Assembly (NCBI GenBank): GCA_036479015.1
Contig: JAZGFB010000007.1
Coordinates: 12,670 to 76,669, forward strand
DNA from: Paracoccaceae bacterium
Lineage (GTDB): Bacteria > Pseudomonadota > Alphaproteobacteria > Rhodobacterales > Rhodobacteraceae
Length of the DNA stretch: 64,000 bases
Direction of reading: 5' to 3'
Of this stretch, positions 1 to 9,350 are shown piece by piece. Both the position numbers and the translations under genes were made by a program. The notes under the pieces are model-generated. The model had not been told where the DNA came from. It searched no databases and saw only the letters and a list, made by a program, of their open reading frames with translations. How positions within the stretch are numbered: position 1 is the stretch's first letter; the number at the start of each line of letters is the position of its first letter.

Positions 1-1094
1 GCAAAATCGCTGATGACCTGTACAAAATGTTCCATGTCTGGATGGGGCCGATCAACGGTGGCTTAGCAATTGGAACCATTGGCCTGATGGTGCTGGTTTC
101 AGCCATGAACGGGCTGTCGGTGGCCGGGATGGCGATCGGCTCAACCATCGCGCTGCCAGAGCTTTTGCGCCGGGGCTATGACAAACGCATGGTCACCGGG
201 GTGATACAGGCCGGCTCATCGCTTGGTATTCTTGTCCCCCCATCCGTGGTGCTAGTGTTATATGCAATGATTGCACGCCAACCCGTGGGGCAACTTTGGC
301 TGGCAGGGGTGGTGCCCGGGCTGATGATGGCCACCCTGTTTATCATCTACATCGTGATCCGCTGTAAAATTAACCCCGCACTCGGCCCGGCCCTGCCGCC
401 CGAGGAACGCAATGTACCCATGGCGGAAAAACTGCGCCTGCTACGCGCCGGGCTATTGCCGATCATTATTTTCGCAACAATGATGGTGCCATTTGTCAAT
501 GGCTGGACCTCATTGGTTGAAAGCTCGGCCGTGGGGGCCGCCACCGCGTTTTTAGCCGCAGTTCTAAAGGGCCGGATGACACGCAAAGTGTTTGAAACGT
601 CGGTCCGCATGACGCTGGCGATTTCCTGCATGTTCATGTGGATCATTCTGGCAGCGCTTGGCTTTGGTGCGGTGTTTGACGGGTTGGGTGCAGTCAGTGC
701 CATCGACAATCTGTTCACTGAACAGATGGGGCTGTCCCCCTGGACCATTTTGATCCTAATGCAGCTGTCATTTCTGGTGATGGGAACATTTCTGGATGAC
801 ACTGCAATGCTGGTGATCGTCGCCCCGCTTTATGTGCCCTTGGTGGGTGAGCTGGGCTTTGATCTGATCTGGTACGGCATCCTTTACACGATCACCACGC
901 AGATCGCATATATGACACCGCCTTTTGGCTATAACTTGTTTTTGATGCGCGCCATGGCCCCACCAGAGATTACCCTGAAAGATATTTACGGGTCCATATT
1001 CCCGTTCATCATGGTCATGCTGCTGGCCTTGATCCTGATTATGGTATTCCCGCAAATTGCGCTTTGGCTGCCCCATTATGTTTATGGATTATAA
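1..1094 (+). CDS. TRAP transporter large permease (DctM-type), 5' end outside window
   Basis: The frame of track ORF 27..1094 stays open to the window edge. The sequence is very hydrophobic and multi-pass, with DctM-like stretches (GSSLGILVPPSVVLVLYA, DDTAMLVIVAPLYVP). A DctP-type binding protein follows directly. Confidence 0.85.
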   Translation, partial: KIADDLYKMFHVWMGPINGGLAIGTIGLMVLVSAMNGLSVAGMAIGSTIALPELLRRGYDKRMVTGVIQAGSSLGILVPPSVVLVLYAMIARQPVGQLWLAGVVPGLMMATLFIIYIVIRCKINPALGPALPPEERNVPMAEKLRLLRAGLLPIIIFATMMVPFVNGWTSLVESSAVGAATAFLAAVLKGRMTRKVFETSVRMTLAISCMFMWIILAALGFGAVFDGLGAVSAIDNLFTEQMGLSPWTILILMQLSFLVMGTFLDDTAMLVIVAPLYVPLVGELGFDLIWYGILYTITTQIAYMTPPFGYNLFLMRAMAPPEITLKDIYGSIFPFIMVMLLALILIMVFPQIALWLPHYVYGL

Positions 1095-1156
1095 CAAGAA
1101 CTTCGATAACGGAGCGAAATTGAAACCAATAACTATAACCCAACAAGGAGAGAGTT

Positions 1157-2188
1157 ATGACGACCAGACGTAAATTTATTAAGGGCGCTGCCCTGGCACC
1201 TGCCGCTGCACTGGCGACGCCAGCACTTGCGCAATCAACAATAAAATGGCGGATGCAAACCTATGCCGGTCCTTCACTGGCTGCCCATGTGATTACACCC
1301 GCGATTGAAATGTTCAACAAAATCGCCGGTGACCGGATGCAGATTGAGCTGTTCTTTGGTGACCAGCTTGTGCCAACCGGTGAACTGTTTCGCGCCATGC
1401 AAAAGGGCACAATCGATGCGGTTCAGTCGGATGACGATTCAATGGCATCGCCGACTGAAGTCACGGTTTTTGGCGGCTATTTTCCGTTTGGATCACGCTA
1501 CAGCCTGGACGTACCGGTGCTGTTCAACCAGTACGGTCTGAACGAAATTTGGGATGAAGAATATTCCAAAGTTGGCGTTAAACACATTTCAGCTGGCGCT
1601 TGGGATCCGTGCCATTTTGCCACCAAAGACCCGATCCGCAGCCTGGCAGACCTAAAGGGAAAACGTGTGTTTACCTTCCCAACAGCAGGCCGGTTCCTAA
1701 CCCAGTTTGGCGTGGTTCCCGTGACCCTGCCCTGGGAAGATATCGAAGTGGCCATGCAAACCGGTGAACTGGACGGAATTGCCTGGTCAGGCATCACCGA
1801 AGATTACACAGTTGGCTGGGCTGACGTCACCAACTATTTCCTGACCAACAACATATCGGGCGCTTGGGCAGGTTCATTCTTTGCCAATATGGATCGCTGG
1901 AACGAACTGCCAGAAGATCTGCAAACCCTGTTCCGGGTCTGCTGTGACCAATCTCATTACTACCGTCAGTGGTGGTACTGGGGCGGGGAAGCCAGCCTGC
2001 GGGTCAACGGCCCCAAGATGGAGCTGACATCAATACCGGACGAAGAATGGCAAACCGTCGAAGATGCGGCCCAGGTGTTCTGGGAAGAGATCGCCGCAGA
2101 AAGCGACACCAAACGTCGCGTTGTTGATATCTTCAAAAAGTACAACGCTGACATGGTAAAAGCTGGACGGCCTTACCGTTACGGCTAA
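1157..2188 (+). CDS. TRAP transporter substrate-binding protein (DctP-type)
   Basis: 343 aa with a Tat-like signal (MTTRRKFIKGAALAPAAALATPALAQ) and an AAGGAGAG RBS upstream. It lies 62 nt after the DctM-type permease, same strand. Confidence 0.8.
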   Translation: MTTRRKFIKGAALAPAAALATPALAQSTIKWRMQTYAGPSLAAHVITPAIEMFNKIAGDRMQIELFFGDQLVPTGELFRAMQKGTIDAVQSDDDSMASPTEVTVFGGYFPFGSRYSLDVPVLFNQYGLNEIWDEEYSKVGVKHISAGAWDPCHFATKDPIRSLADLKGKRVFTFPTAGRFLTQFGVVPVTLPWEDIEVAMQTGELDGIAWSGITEDYTVGWADVTNYFLTNNISGAWAGSFFANMDRWNELPEDLQTLFRVCCDQSHYYRQWWYWGGEASLRVNGPKMELTSIPDEEWQTVEDAAQVFWEEIAAESDTKRRVVDIFKKYNADMVKAGRPYRYG

Positions 2189-2248
2189 TATCCTCTGGCA
2201 GAGCGTCGCATTGGCGCTCTGCCAACCTTTGATATTCAAGGACACACA

Positions 2249-3613
2249 ATGCCTGGTAATCTAACATTTGACGCCCTTAAAAAATCCGTAAAAAAAGGAG
2301 AGATCGACACCGTTCTCGCCTGTATCGTCGACATGCAGGGCCGTCTGATGGGTAAACGTTTTTTGGGCCATCATTTTATCGAAAGCGCCTGGGAAGAAAC
2401 CCATTGTTGCAATTATTTGCTGGCCACTGATCTGGAAATGTACACGGTTGATGGCTATGCGTCGACCAGTTGGCAAACGGGTTATGGCGACTATGTGATG
2501 AAGCCCGACCTTGCCACCATGCGCACAATGCCATGGCTTGACGGCACGGCGATGGTTCTGTGCGATGTGCTGGATCATCATAGCTATGAACCGGTTCCCC
2601 ATTCGCCCCGCGCTATTCTTAAGAAACAGCTGGCACGACTTGAAAGCATGGGTTTTAGCGCCATCATGGCAACCGAATTGGAATTCTTTATTTTCGAGAA
2701 AAGCTATTCGGATATGGCCCGCGAAGGCTATGCCGACATGACCCCGATCAGCGCCTATAACGAAGATTACCACATCCTGCAGACCACCAAAGAAGAAGAC
2801 ATCATGCGCCCACTGCGCAACCATCTTTACGCCGCTGGCATCCCCGTAGAAGGCTCAAAAGGTGAAGCTGAGGCTGGCCAGGAAGAGCTGAACATTCGCT
2901 ACAGCGACGCGCTGGACTGCGCCGACAACCACACCATCGCTAAGCACGCCACCAAGGAAATTGCCTGGCAACAGGGCCGTTCGGTGACGTTCTTGCCCAA
3001 GTGGCACAAGGATCGAGTCGGCAGCGCGTCCCACGTGCATCAGTCGCTTTGGCAGGACGGCAAGCCAGCATTTTACGATCCAAAAGGCGCGCACGGCATG
3101 TCAGATATTATGCGCCACTACATGGCAGGTCTGATCAAATATTCACCCGACATAACCTATTTCATGGCCCCCTATATCAATAGCTATAAGCGGTTTCAAA
3201 AGGGCACATTCGCCCCCACTGGTACGGTCTGGTCGGTCGACAACCGCACGGCCGGGTTTCGTCTGGTTGGCGAAGGGTCAAAAGCAGTGCGGGTTGAGTG
3301 CCGTATTGGTGGTTCAGACATGAACCCCTACCTGGCCCAGGCAACGCAAATTGCCGCCGGGATTGCCGGGATAGAGGAAGGTCTTGAACTGGCACCCCCC
3401 CTGACTGGCGATGCCTATGAAAAGGGCGACGCCGGTGAAATTCCATCCACCCTGCGTGATGCCGCCGCAACCTTGAAGGCCTCAAGTATGCTGCGATCCT
3501 CCCTTGGCGATGATGTGGTTGACCACTACACACGCGCCGCCGAATGGGAGGTCGAAGAATTTGACCGCGTGGTCACTGACTACGAAATAGCCCGCGGATT
3601 TGAAAAGGCGTGA
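2249..3613 (+). CDS. Glutamine synthetase-fold ligase, probable gamma-glutamyl-amine synthetase (PuuA/GmaS/IpuC-like)
   Basis: 454 aa with GS catalytic-domain blocks visible by eye (ELEFFIF, EAEAGQEELNIRY, SASHVHQSL, NRTAGFR, VECRIGGSDMNPYL). The neighbours are a transporter and two dehydrogenases rather than nitrogen-regulation genes. Confidence 0.75.
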   Translation: MPGNLTFDALKKSVKKGEIDTVLACIVDMQGRLMGKRFLGHHFIESAWEETHCCNYLLATDLEMYTVDGYASTSWQTGYGDYVMKPDLATMRTMPWLDGTAMVLCDVLDHHSYEPVPHSPRAILKKQLARLESMGFSAIMATELEFFIFEKSYSDMAREGYADMTPISAYNEDYHILQTTKEEDIMRPLRNHLYAAGIPVEGSKGEAEAGQEELNIRYSDALDCADNHTIAKHATKEIAWQQGRSVTFLPKWHKDRVGSASHVHQSLWQDGKPAFYDPKGAHGMSDIMRHYMAGLIKYSPDITYFMAPYINSYKRFQKGTFAPTGTVWSVDNRTAGFRLVGEGSKAVRVECRIGGSDMNPYLAQATQIAAGIAGIEEGLELAPPLTGDAYEKGDAGEIPSTLRDAAATLKASSMLRSSLGDDVVDHYTRAAEWEVEEFDRVVTDYEIARGFEKA

Positions 3614-3615
3614 AC

Positions 3616-4998
3616 ATGTCCAAAACACTGAAATGCATATCCCCCATTGATGGATCAGTTTTCGCCGAGCGGCCTGCCTTAAGCCCGGATCAGGCCCATA
3701 ATGCAGTTTCCCGTGCCAGTGCCGCCCAAAAAGGCTGGGCCGCGCGCCCCCTGTCTGAGCGCATCAAACTGGTACAGGCAGGTGTGGCCCGCATTGGTGA
3801 AATGAATGATGAAATTGTGCCCGAGCTGGCGTACCAGATGGGCCGCCCCGTGCGATATGGTGGGGAATTTAGTGGCTTTAATGAACGCGCCAGCCATATG
3901 GCGGATATCGCCGCTGATGCCTTGGCGGATATTGAAGTGTCCGAGGATGACCAATTCCAACGTTACATAAAACGCATTCCACACGGTGTTGTGCTGGTGG
4001 TGGCACCCTGGAATTACCCCTACATGACGGCAATAAACACGGTGGCCCCGGCACTGATCGCGGGCAATGCCGTGATGTTGAAACACGCCACCCAAACCCT
4101 GTTGGTCGGCGAACGAATAGCGCGTGCTTTCCATCAGGTTGGCGTGCCAGAGGACGTGTTTCAGAACCTGTTTCTGGACCATGAAACCACATCCGCCCTG
4201 ATCGCCGCGAAATCGTTTGGCTTTGTCAATTTCACCGGCTCTGTCGGTGGTGGTCGGGCCATGGAAACCGCAGCTGCTGGCACTTTTACCGGCATCGGGC
4301 TGGAACTGGGCGGCAAGGATCCGGGTTATGTCATGCTGGACGCTGATCTAGACGCGGCAGTTGAAACGCTGATTGATGGGGCCATGTTCAATTCGGGTCA
4401 ATGCTGTTGCGGGATTGAACGGATCTATGTCACTGAAAGCCTGTTTGACGCCTTTGTTCAAAAGGCCGTCGCGATTGTTAGTGGCTATAAGTTGGGCAAC
4501 CCCTTGGAGCAGGAAACTACTCTGGGTCCGATGGCTAATGTTAGGTTTGCTGACGAGGTCCGCGCCCAAACATCTGAGGCGATCGCAGCAGGTGCGACGC
4601 CACTGATTGATCCAGCGCTGTTCCCACAGGACGATGGCGGGGCTTATCTGATGCCGCAAATCCTGGTGGATGTGGACCATTCCATGCGGGTGATGCGGGA
4701 CGAAAGTTTCGGTCCGGTGGTCGGGATCATGAAGGTCAAGGACGACGCCGAAGCAATAAAGCTGATGAATGACAGCGAATTTGGCCTGACGGCATCATTG
4801 TGGACAGCGGATATTGTTCGCGCGCGAACAATCGGTAACCAGTTGGAAACAGGTACTATTTTCATGAACCGTGCAGACTACCTTGACCCAGGCCTGTGCT
4901 GGACCGGCTGCAAAAACACCGGCCGTGGCGGTGGCCTGTCGGCCATTGGGTACCACAATCTGACACGCCCAAAATCCTACCACCTGAAAAAGGCCTGA
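3616..4998 (+). CDS. NAD(P)-dependent aldehyde dehydrogenase
   Basis: ALDH motifs are present: ELGGKDP, the catalytic Cys in FNSGQCCCGIERIYV, and ESFGPV. I prefer ATG 3616 over GTG 3610, which overlaps the upstream stop. Confidence 0.9.
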   Translation: MSKTLKCISPIDGSVFAERPALSPDQAHNAVSRASAAQKGWAARPLSERIKLVQAGVARIGEMNDEIVPELAYQMGRPVRYGGEFSGFNERASHMADIAADALADIEVSEDDQFQRYIKRIPHGVVLVVAPWNYPYMTAINTVAPALIAGNAVMLKHATQTLLVGERIARAFHQVGVPEDVFQNLFLDHETTSALIAAKSFGFVNFTGSVGGGRAMETAAAGTFTGIGLELGGKDPGYVMLDADLDAAVETLIDGAMFNSGQCCCGIERIYVTESLFDAFVQKAVAIVSGYKLGNPLEQETTLGPMANVRFADEVRAQTSEAIAAGATPLIDPALFPQDDGGAYLMPQILVDVDHSMRVMRDESFGPVVGIMKVKDDAEAIKLMNDSEFGLTASLWTADIVRARTIGNQLETGTIFMNRADYLDPGLCWTGCKNTGRGGGLSAIGYHNLTRPKSYHLKKA

Positions 4999-6149
4999 TG
5001 CCCATGACTTTAACTGCCAACTGGAACTATCCGACCCCGATCCGCTTTGGGGCTGGCCGTATTTGTGAAATTGCCGACGCTTGTAAGTCTGTCGGTATTA
5101 CCAAACCCCTGCTGGTCACTGACAAGGGGCTCGCAGCCATGGACATCACCAGCCGGACGCTGGATCTGATGGAAACCAGTGGGCTTGGCCGGGGCATGTT
5201 TAGTGATGTTGATCCCAACCCGGATGATACCAACGTTGCCGACGGGCTGAAAGTATACCGCGAGGGGGGCTATGACGGGGTGATCGCCTTTGGTGGCGGT
5301 TCGGGCCTGGACCTGGCTAAGGTCATCGCCTTTATGGCCGGCCAAACCCGCCCCCTATGGGACTTTGAAGATGTGGGTGACTGGTGGAAGCGCGCTGATC
5401 CAGACGCGATTGCACCCATTGTTGCCGTCCCCACCACCGCAGGAACCGGCTCAGAGGTCGGGCGCGCCAGCCTGATCACCAATTCCGCAATCCATGAGAA
5501 AAAGATTATATTCCATCCAAACATGCTGCCAGGCGTGGTGATTTGTGATCCGGAACTGACCATCGGCATGCCGAAATTCATCACCGCTGGCACCGGCCTT
5601 GACGCCTTTGCCCACTGTGTTGAAGCCTTTTCCAGCCCGCATTATCACCCGATGTCACAAGGCATCGCCCTGGAAGGCATGCGTCTGGTCAAGGAATACC
5701 TGCCCCGCGCCTACCGCGACGGCACCGATATTGAGGCCCGCGCCCATATGATGTCTGCTGCTGCTATGGGCTCAACTGCCTTTCAAAAGGGGCTTGGGGC
5801 CATTCACGCGCTAAGCCACCCGATCGGTGCGGTGCATCACACCCACCACGGCACCACCAACGCCGTTTGCATGCCTGCAGTTCTGCAATTCAACCGCCCC
5901 AAAATTGAATGTCGCTTTGAACAGGCGGCGGCGTATCTGGGAATTAGCGGCGGCTTTGACGGGTTTTGCGCCTATGTGGATGAACTGAATGCGTCCATGG
6001 GCATCCCCAAGACGCTGACAGAACTGGGTGTGAAAAATGCAGACATGGCGGTATTGACCGTGTCGGCACTAAACGACCCCAGCACCGGCGGTAACCCGGT
6101 TAAAATGACGCCCGAAAACACCCGGGCATTGTTTGAGGCGATTTTATAG
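4998..6149 (+). CDS. Iron-containing (group III) alcohol dehydrogenase
   Basis: Contains GGGSGLDLAKVIA and a metal-binding His cluster (HALSHPIGAVHHTHHG). I take the start at ATG 4998, which overlaps the ALDH stop (ATGA). The upstream part of track ORF 4896.. lies inside the ALDH gene. Confidence 0.85.
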   Translation: MPMTLTANWNYPTPIRFGAGRICEIADACKSVGITKPLLVTDKGLAAMDITSRTLDLMETSGLGRGMFSDVDPNPDDTNVADGLKVYREGGYDGVIAFGGGSGLDLAKVIAFMAGQTRPLWDFEDVGDWWKRADPDAIAPIVAVPTTAGTGSEVGRASLITNSAIHEKKIIFHPNMLPGVVICDPELTIGMPKFITAGTGLDAFAHCVEAFSSPHYHPMSQGIALEGMRLVKEYLPRAYRDGTDIEARAHMMSAAAMGSTAFQKGLGAIHALSHPIGAVHHTHHGTTNAVCMPAVLQFNRPKIECRFEQAAAYLGISGGFDGFCAYVDELNASMGIPKTLTELGVKNADMAVLTVSALNDPSTGGNPVKMTPENTRALFEAIL

Positions 6150-6203
6150 CGGTGTCGCTGCCTTAGGCTGAGAGCATGATTTCAGATGAAAACCGGCTTG
6201 ATA

Positions 6204-6235
6204 TCTTCTTTTCAAAAATATCCCCGCCGGAGGCA
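6204..6235. repeat. 32-nt interspersed intergenic repeat, copy 1
   Basis: TCTTCTTTTCAAAAATATCCCCGCCGGAGGCA matches 47780..47811 at 30 of 32 positions in the same orientation. Confidence 0.7.
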
Positions 6236-6284
6236 TCCGATTTTTCGCAGAAAAATCGCCCCGCGACACGGCGCAGCCGTGGCG

Positions 6285-7394
6285 CTAAAGGCTTGCGTCC
6301 AAAGCTGCAATAACCGCGTCACCCATCTGCACGGTTGATGCCGGGCTGTCATCGGATGATTGCATCAAGTCGGCGGTGCGAATGCCACTGGCAAGCACCG
6401 CTTCAACCGCAGCTTCCAGCCGATCGGCCTCTTGGCCCTGATCAAACGAATATCGCAGCGCCATGGCAAAGCTAAGGATGCAGGCCGACGGGTTTGCTTT
6501 GCCCTGCCCGGCAATATCAGGGGCTGAGCCGTGCACTGGTTCATACATGGCCTTTGGTCGGCCATTTTCCATTGGTGCGCCCAGGCTGGCAGATGGCAAC
6601 ATTCCAAGCGAGCCGGTGAGCATCGCGGCAACATCTGACAGCATATCGCCAAACAGGTTGTCGGTGACAATGACATCAAATTGTTTAGGGGCGCGCACCA
6701 GCTGCATGCCGCCGTTATCGGCATACATATGTGTCAGTTCGACGTCCTGAAATTCGTTGTCATGCACCCATTGCACTTCTTCACGCCACAGCACGCCGCT
6801 TTCCATGACATTGGCTTTTTCCATCGAACACAGTCTGTTGTCCCGCTTGCGTGCCAGTTCAAATGCGGCCCGCGCCACGCGGCGGATTTCACTGGTTGTG
6901 TAGCGTTGGGTGTTTACGCCGACACGCCCACCCTGGTTGTCATCTTGTATGCCGCGCGGTTCCCCAAAATAGACGCCGCTGGTCAGTTCCCGCACGATCA
7001 TCAGGTCAAGCCCGGCCACGATGTCACGCTTAAGGGATGAAAAGTCGGCCAATGCGTCAAAGCACTGGGCCGGGCGCAGGTTGGCGAACAGGTCCATTTC
7101 TTTGCGCAACCGCAGCAAACCGCGCTCGGGCTTAAGCGAGAAATCAAGATCGTCGTAATTCGGCCCGCCAACGGCCCCCAACAAAACCGCATCCACAGCC
7201 TGGGCACGGGCCATGGTTTCATCGGTTAGCGGCGTGCCGAATTTATCATAAGCAGCGCCGCCGACCAGATCTTCTGATACATTAATCTTCAGGCCGCGCT
7301 TTGCACCGAACCAGTCGATAACTTTGGTGACCTCCACCATTACTTCTGCACCGATACCGTCGCCGGCAAGGATCAATAGGGACGGTGTGCTCAT
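6285..7394 (-). CDS. leuB: 3-isopropylmalate dehydrogenase
   Basis: N-terminus is [18 protein letters not shown], with NLFGDMLSD and a typical length of 369 aa. I take the start at the internal ATG (residue 51 of track ORF 6285..7544). Confidence 0.95.
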   Translation of the reverse strand: MSTPSLLILAGDGIGAEVMVEVTKVIDWFGAKRGLKINVSEDLVGGAAYDKFGTPLTDETMARAQAVDAVLLGAVGGPNYDDLDFSLKPERGLLRLRKEMDLFANLRPAQCFDALADFSSLKRDIVAGLDLMIVRELTSGVYFGEPRGIQDDNQGGRVGVNTQRYTTSEIRRVARAAFELARKRDNRLCSMEKANVMESGVLWREEVQWVHDNEFQDVELTHMYADNGGMQLVRAPKQFDVIVTDNLFGDMLSDVAAMLTGSLGMLPSASLGAPMENGRPKAMYEPVHGSAPDIAGQGKANPSACILSFAMALRYSFDQGQEADRLEAAVEAVLASGIRTADLMQSSDDSPASTVQMGDAVIAALDASL

Positions 7395-7462
7395 GGTGTT
7401 TTTCCTGAAAATTTGGGTTGCCACCCGGTACGCGCTACCCCGGCCAGCGTCAAGTGGGCAGC

Positions 7463-8347
7463 TTAGCCGAATGCCTGAACCAGCAGGTCCCAGACCTTTC
7501 TTATGCGCGCGTTTGAGCGCAAAGCATCCGGTGCGGCCAGCCAAACAGGCAAGGACGGCAAATCAAATTCAATGGGTATTTGTTCAACCAATGGTTCCCG
7601 ATCACCGATTGCTGTTTGCATCCCGCCCACGCCGCATCCGGCACACACCAGCCGCCAATAGGCCGCCTGATCATCACAACGCACCGGGAAAAACGCGCGG
7701 CCCACGTCCATGCCGATATCTTTCATGGCCCGTATTATCTGATCGCTTTTGTCCAGCCCGACAATATCCAGCGTCCTGAGTTCGGCCAAACTGTGCGGGC
7801 GGCCGACCCTATCGAGATATTTTGAATTCGCGTACAGCGCCATTGGTTGGTCGGCAATATGGCGGGTAATAATGTCTGGCTGGGTCGGTCTGAACATACG
7901 GATAGCGATGTCGGCGTCGCGAAATGTCAGGTTTTCCACGGTGTCCGATGGGACAAGTTCTAATTCCACCTCGGGCAGGGTGCGTCTGATATTGGCGATG
8001 ATATCGGGCAAGATAAAATGTGAGACAACGACGCTGGCCGTGATCCGAACTGTGCCGCGCAGATCCTGGGATTTGCCACCAGCTGTAAGCTGTAATTGGG
8101 CGGCTGCCAGTTTCATTGCCTTTGCGTGGTTGAATATTTCGGCCCCTGCGTCGGTCAGCGTCAGGCCACGGGGGGTTCTGCGAAACAGTTCAACCCCCAG
8201 CGCGGCCTCTATCGCTTTGATATGCCTACCGGTGGTCGGCTGGCTTTGGCCAAGGTTTCGCGCGGCGGCTGACAATGATTGATGCTCGCCCACAGCGTAA
8301 AATGACTGAATCAATGTCCAGTCCAGTTGTTCAAGTGATTTAGTCAT
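7463..8347 (-). CDS. LysR-family transcriptional regulator
   Basis: 294 aa with an N-terminal wHTH ([31 protein letters not shown]). It is divergent from the gene at 8442, with paired inverted repeats in the shared intergenic region. Confidence 0.9.
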   Translation of the reverse strand: MTKSLEQLDWTLIQSFYAVGEHQSLSAAARNLGQSQPTTGRHIKAIEAALGVELFRRTPRGLTLTDAGAEIFNHAKAMKLAAAQLQLTAGGKSQDLRGTVRITASVVVSHFILPDIIANIRRTLPEVELELVPSDTVENLTFRDADIAIRMFRPTQPDIITRHIADQPMALYANSKYLDRVGRPHSLAELRTLDIVGLDKSDQIIRAMKDIGMDVGRAFFPVRCDDQAAYWRLVCAGCGVGGMQTAIGDREPLVEQIPIEFDLPSLPVWLAAPDALRSNARIRKVWDLLVQAFG

Positions 8348-8401
8348 TCATAAATGAATATAGGATATAGGTTTTCTGTCAATTTATATTCATTCCTGAA
8401 T
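8346..8401. promoter_or_regulatory. Paired LysR-type operator candidates
   Basis: Two copies of ATTCA-N4-TGAAT (8346..8359 and 8388..8401) lie 42 bp apart in the 94-bp divergent intergenic region. The second sits inside the palindrome TCATTC-CT-GAATGA. Confidence 0.5.
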
Positions 8402-8441
8402 GATGCAATGTCAGAGTTAGATATTGAAAGGGAAATGAAAA

Positions 8442-9350
8442 ATGGTCGAAACTGTATTAATCCTGGGTGCATCGGGAAAAATTGGTGCGCATTGTGCAAA
8501 GGCCTTTAGCGAAGCTGGCTGGCAGGTGCGAGAGTATGATCGCACGTCTGGTGATATGACAGCCGCTGCTGCTGGGGTGGATGTTATCGTCAACGGTTTG
8601 AACCCGCCAAATTATCACAATTGGGCAAAGCTTATACCAGAGATCACCAGCCAGGTTATTGCGGCGGCTAAATCATCTGGGGCCACGGTAATCATCCCCG
8701 GCAATGTTTACAATTTTGGTACCGCACCCGGGCCATGGTCGCAAAACACACCGCAGCTTGCCACCACCCGAAAGGGTCGGATCCGGGTTGAAATGGAAAA
8801 GGCGTACCGTAAGGCTGGGGTCAGAACGATCATCCTGCGGGCCGGGAATTTCGTTGACCCGACACACAGCGATGATGTGATGCGCATGGTTTACCTACGC
8901 ACCATCGCCAAGGGTCACATTACATCACCTGGTGATCCCGACGCGTTGCAATCTTTCTGCTACCTGCCGGATTGGGCGCGCGCGGCGGTTGGACTGGCGG
9001 GCATTCGCGCCCAGCTAAACCAGTTTGAAGATGTCCCGTTTGCGGGCCATACTTTCACCACCAATGATTTGCGCGCCGAGTTGGAGCAGGCTTTGCAGCG
9101 AAAAATAAAACTCGTGGGATTCCCCTGGCTTGTTTTCAAGCTGGCATCCCCCGTCTGGGAGCTTGCCCGCGAAGTTACTGAAATGCGCTATCTATGGAGC
9201 GTTTCGCACCAGATGGACGGCACCAAACTGGCATCGCTTTTGCCAAAGTTCCGCCCAACTGATCGTGCAACAGTCATGCGGGCCGGGCTACCAGCCGACA
9301 TCAACCCAGACCAGGCCATGCCAGGACAAACTGCTGCCCTGCTGTCCTAA
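8442..9350 (+). CDS. NAD(P)-binding Rossmann-fold protein (NmrA / atypical SDR-like)
   Basis: 302 aa with an N-terminal glycine motif (LILGASGKIGAH). It is the divergent partner of the LysR regulator. Confidence 0.7.
   Translation: MVETVLILGASGKIGAHCAKAFSEAGWQVREYDRTSGDMTAAAAGVDVIVNGLNPPNYHNWAKLIPEITSQVIAAAKSSGATVIIPGNVYNFGTAPGPWSQNTPQLATTRKGRIRVEMEKAYRKAGVRTIILRAGNFVDPTHSDDVMRMVYLRTIAKGHITSPGDPDALQSFCYLPDWARAAVGLAGIRAQLNQFEDVPFAGHTFTTNDLRAELEQALQRKIKLVGFPWLVFKLASPVWELAREVTEMRYLWSVSHQMDGTKLASLLPKFRPTDRATVMRAGLPADINPDQAMPGQTAALLS

Noticed and set aside
7395-7544. N-terminal extensions of track ORFs: leuB to 7544, gyrB to 60635, recQ to 47812, gpmI from 16156, ctpA from 18832, serB to 41595, ADH from 4896, rlmH from 15610, trhO from 55934.
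   Set aside because: The extensions overlap neighbouring genes or intergenic promoters and add non-homologous residues. Internal ATGs reproduce the canonical N-termini of these families.
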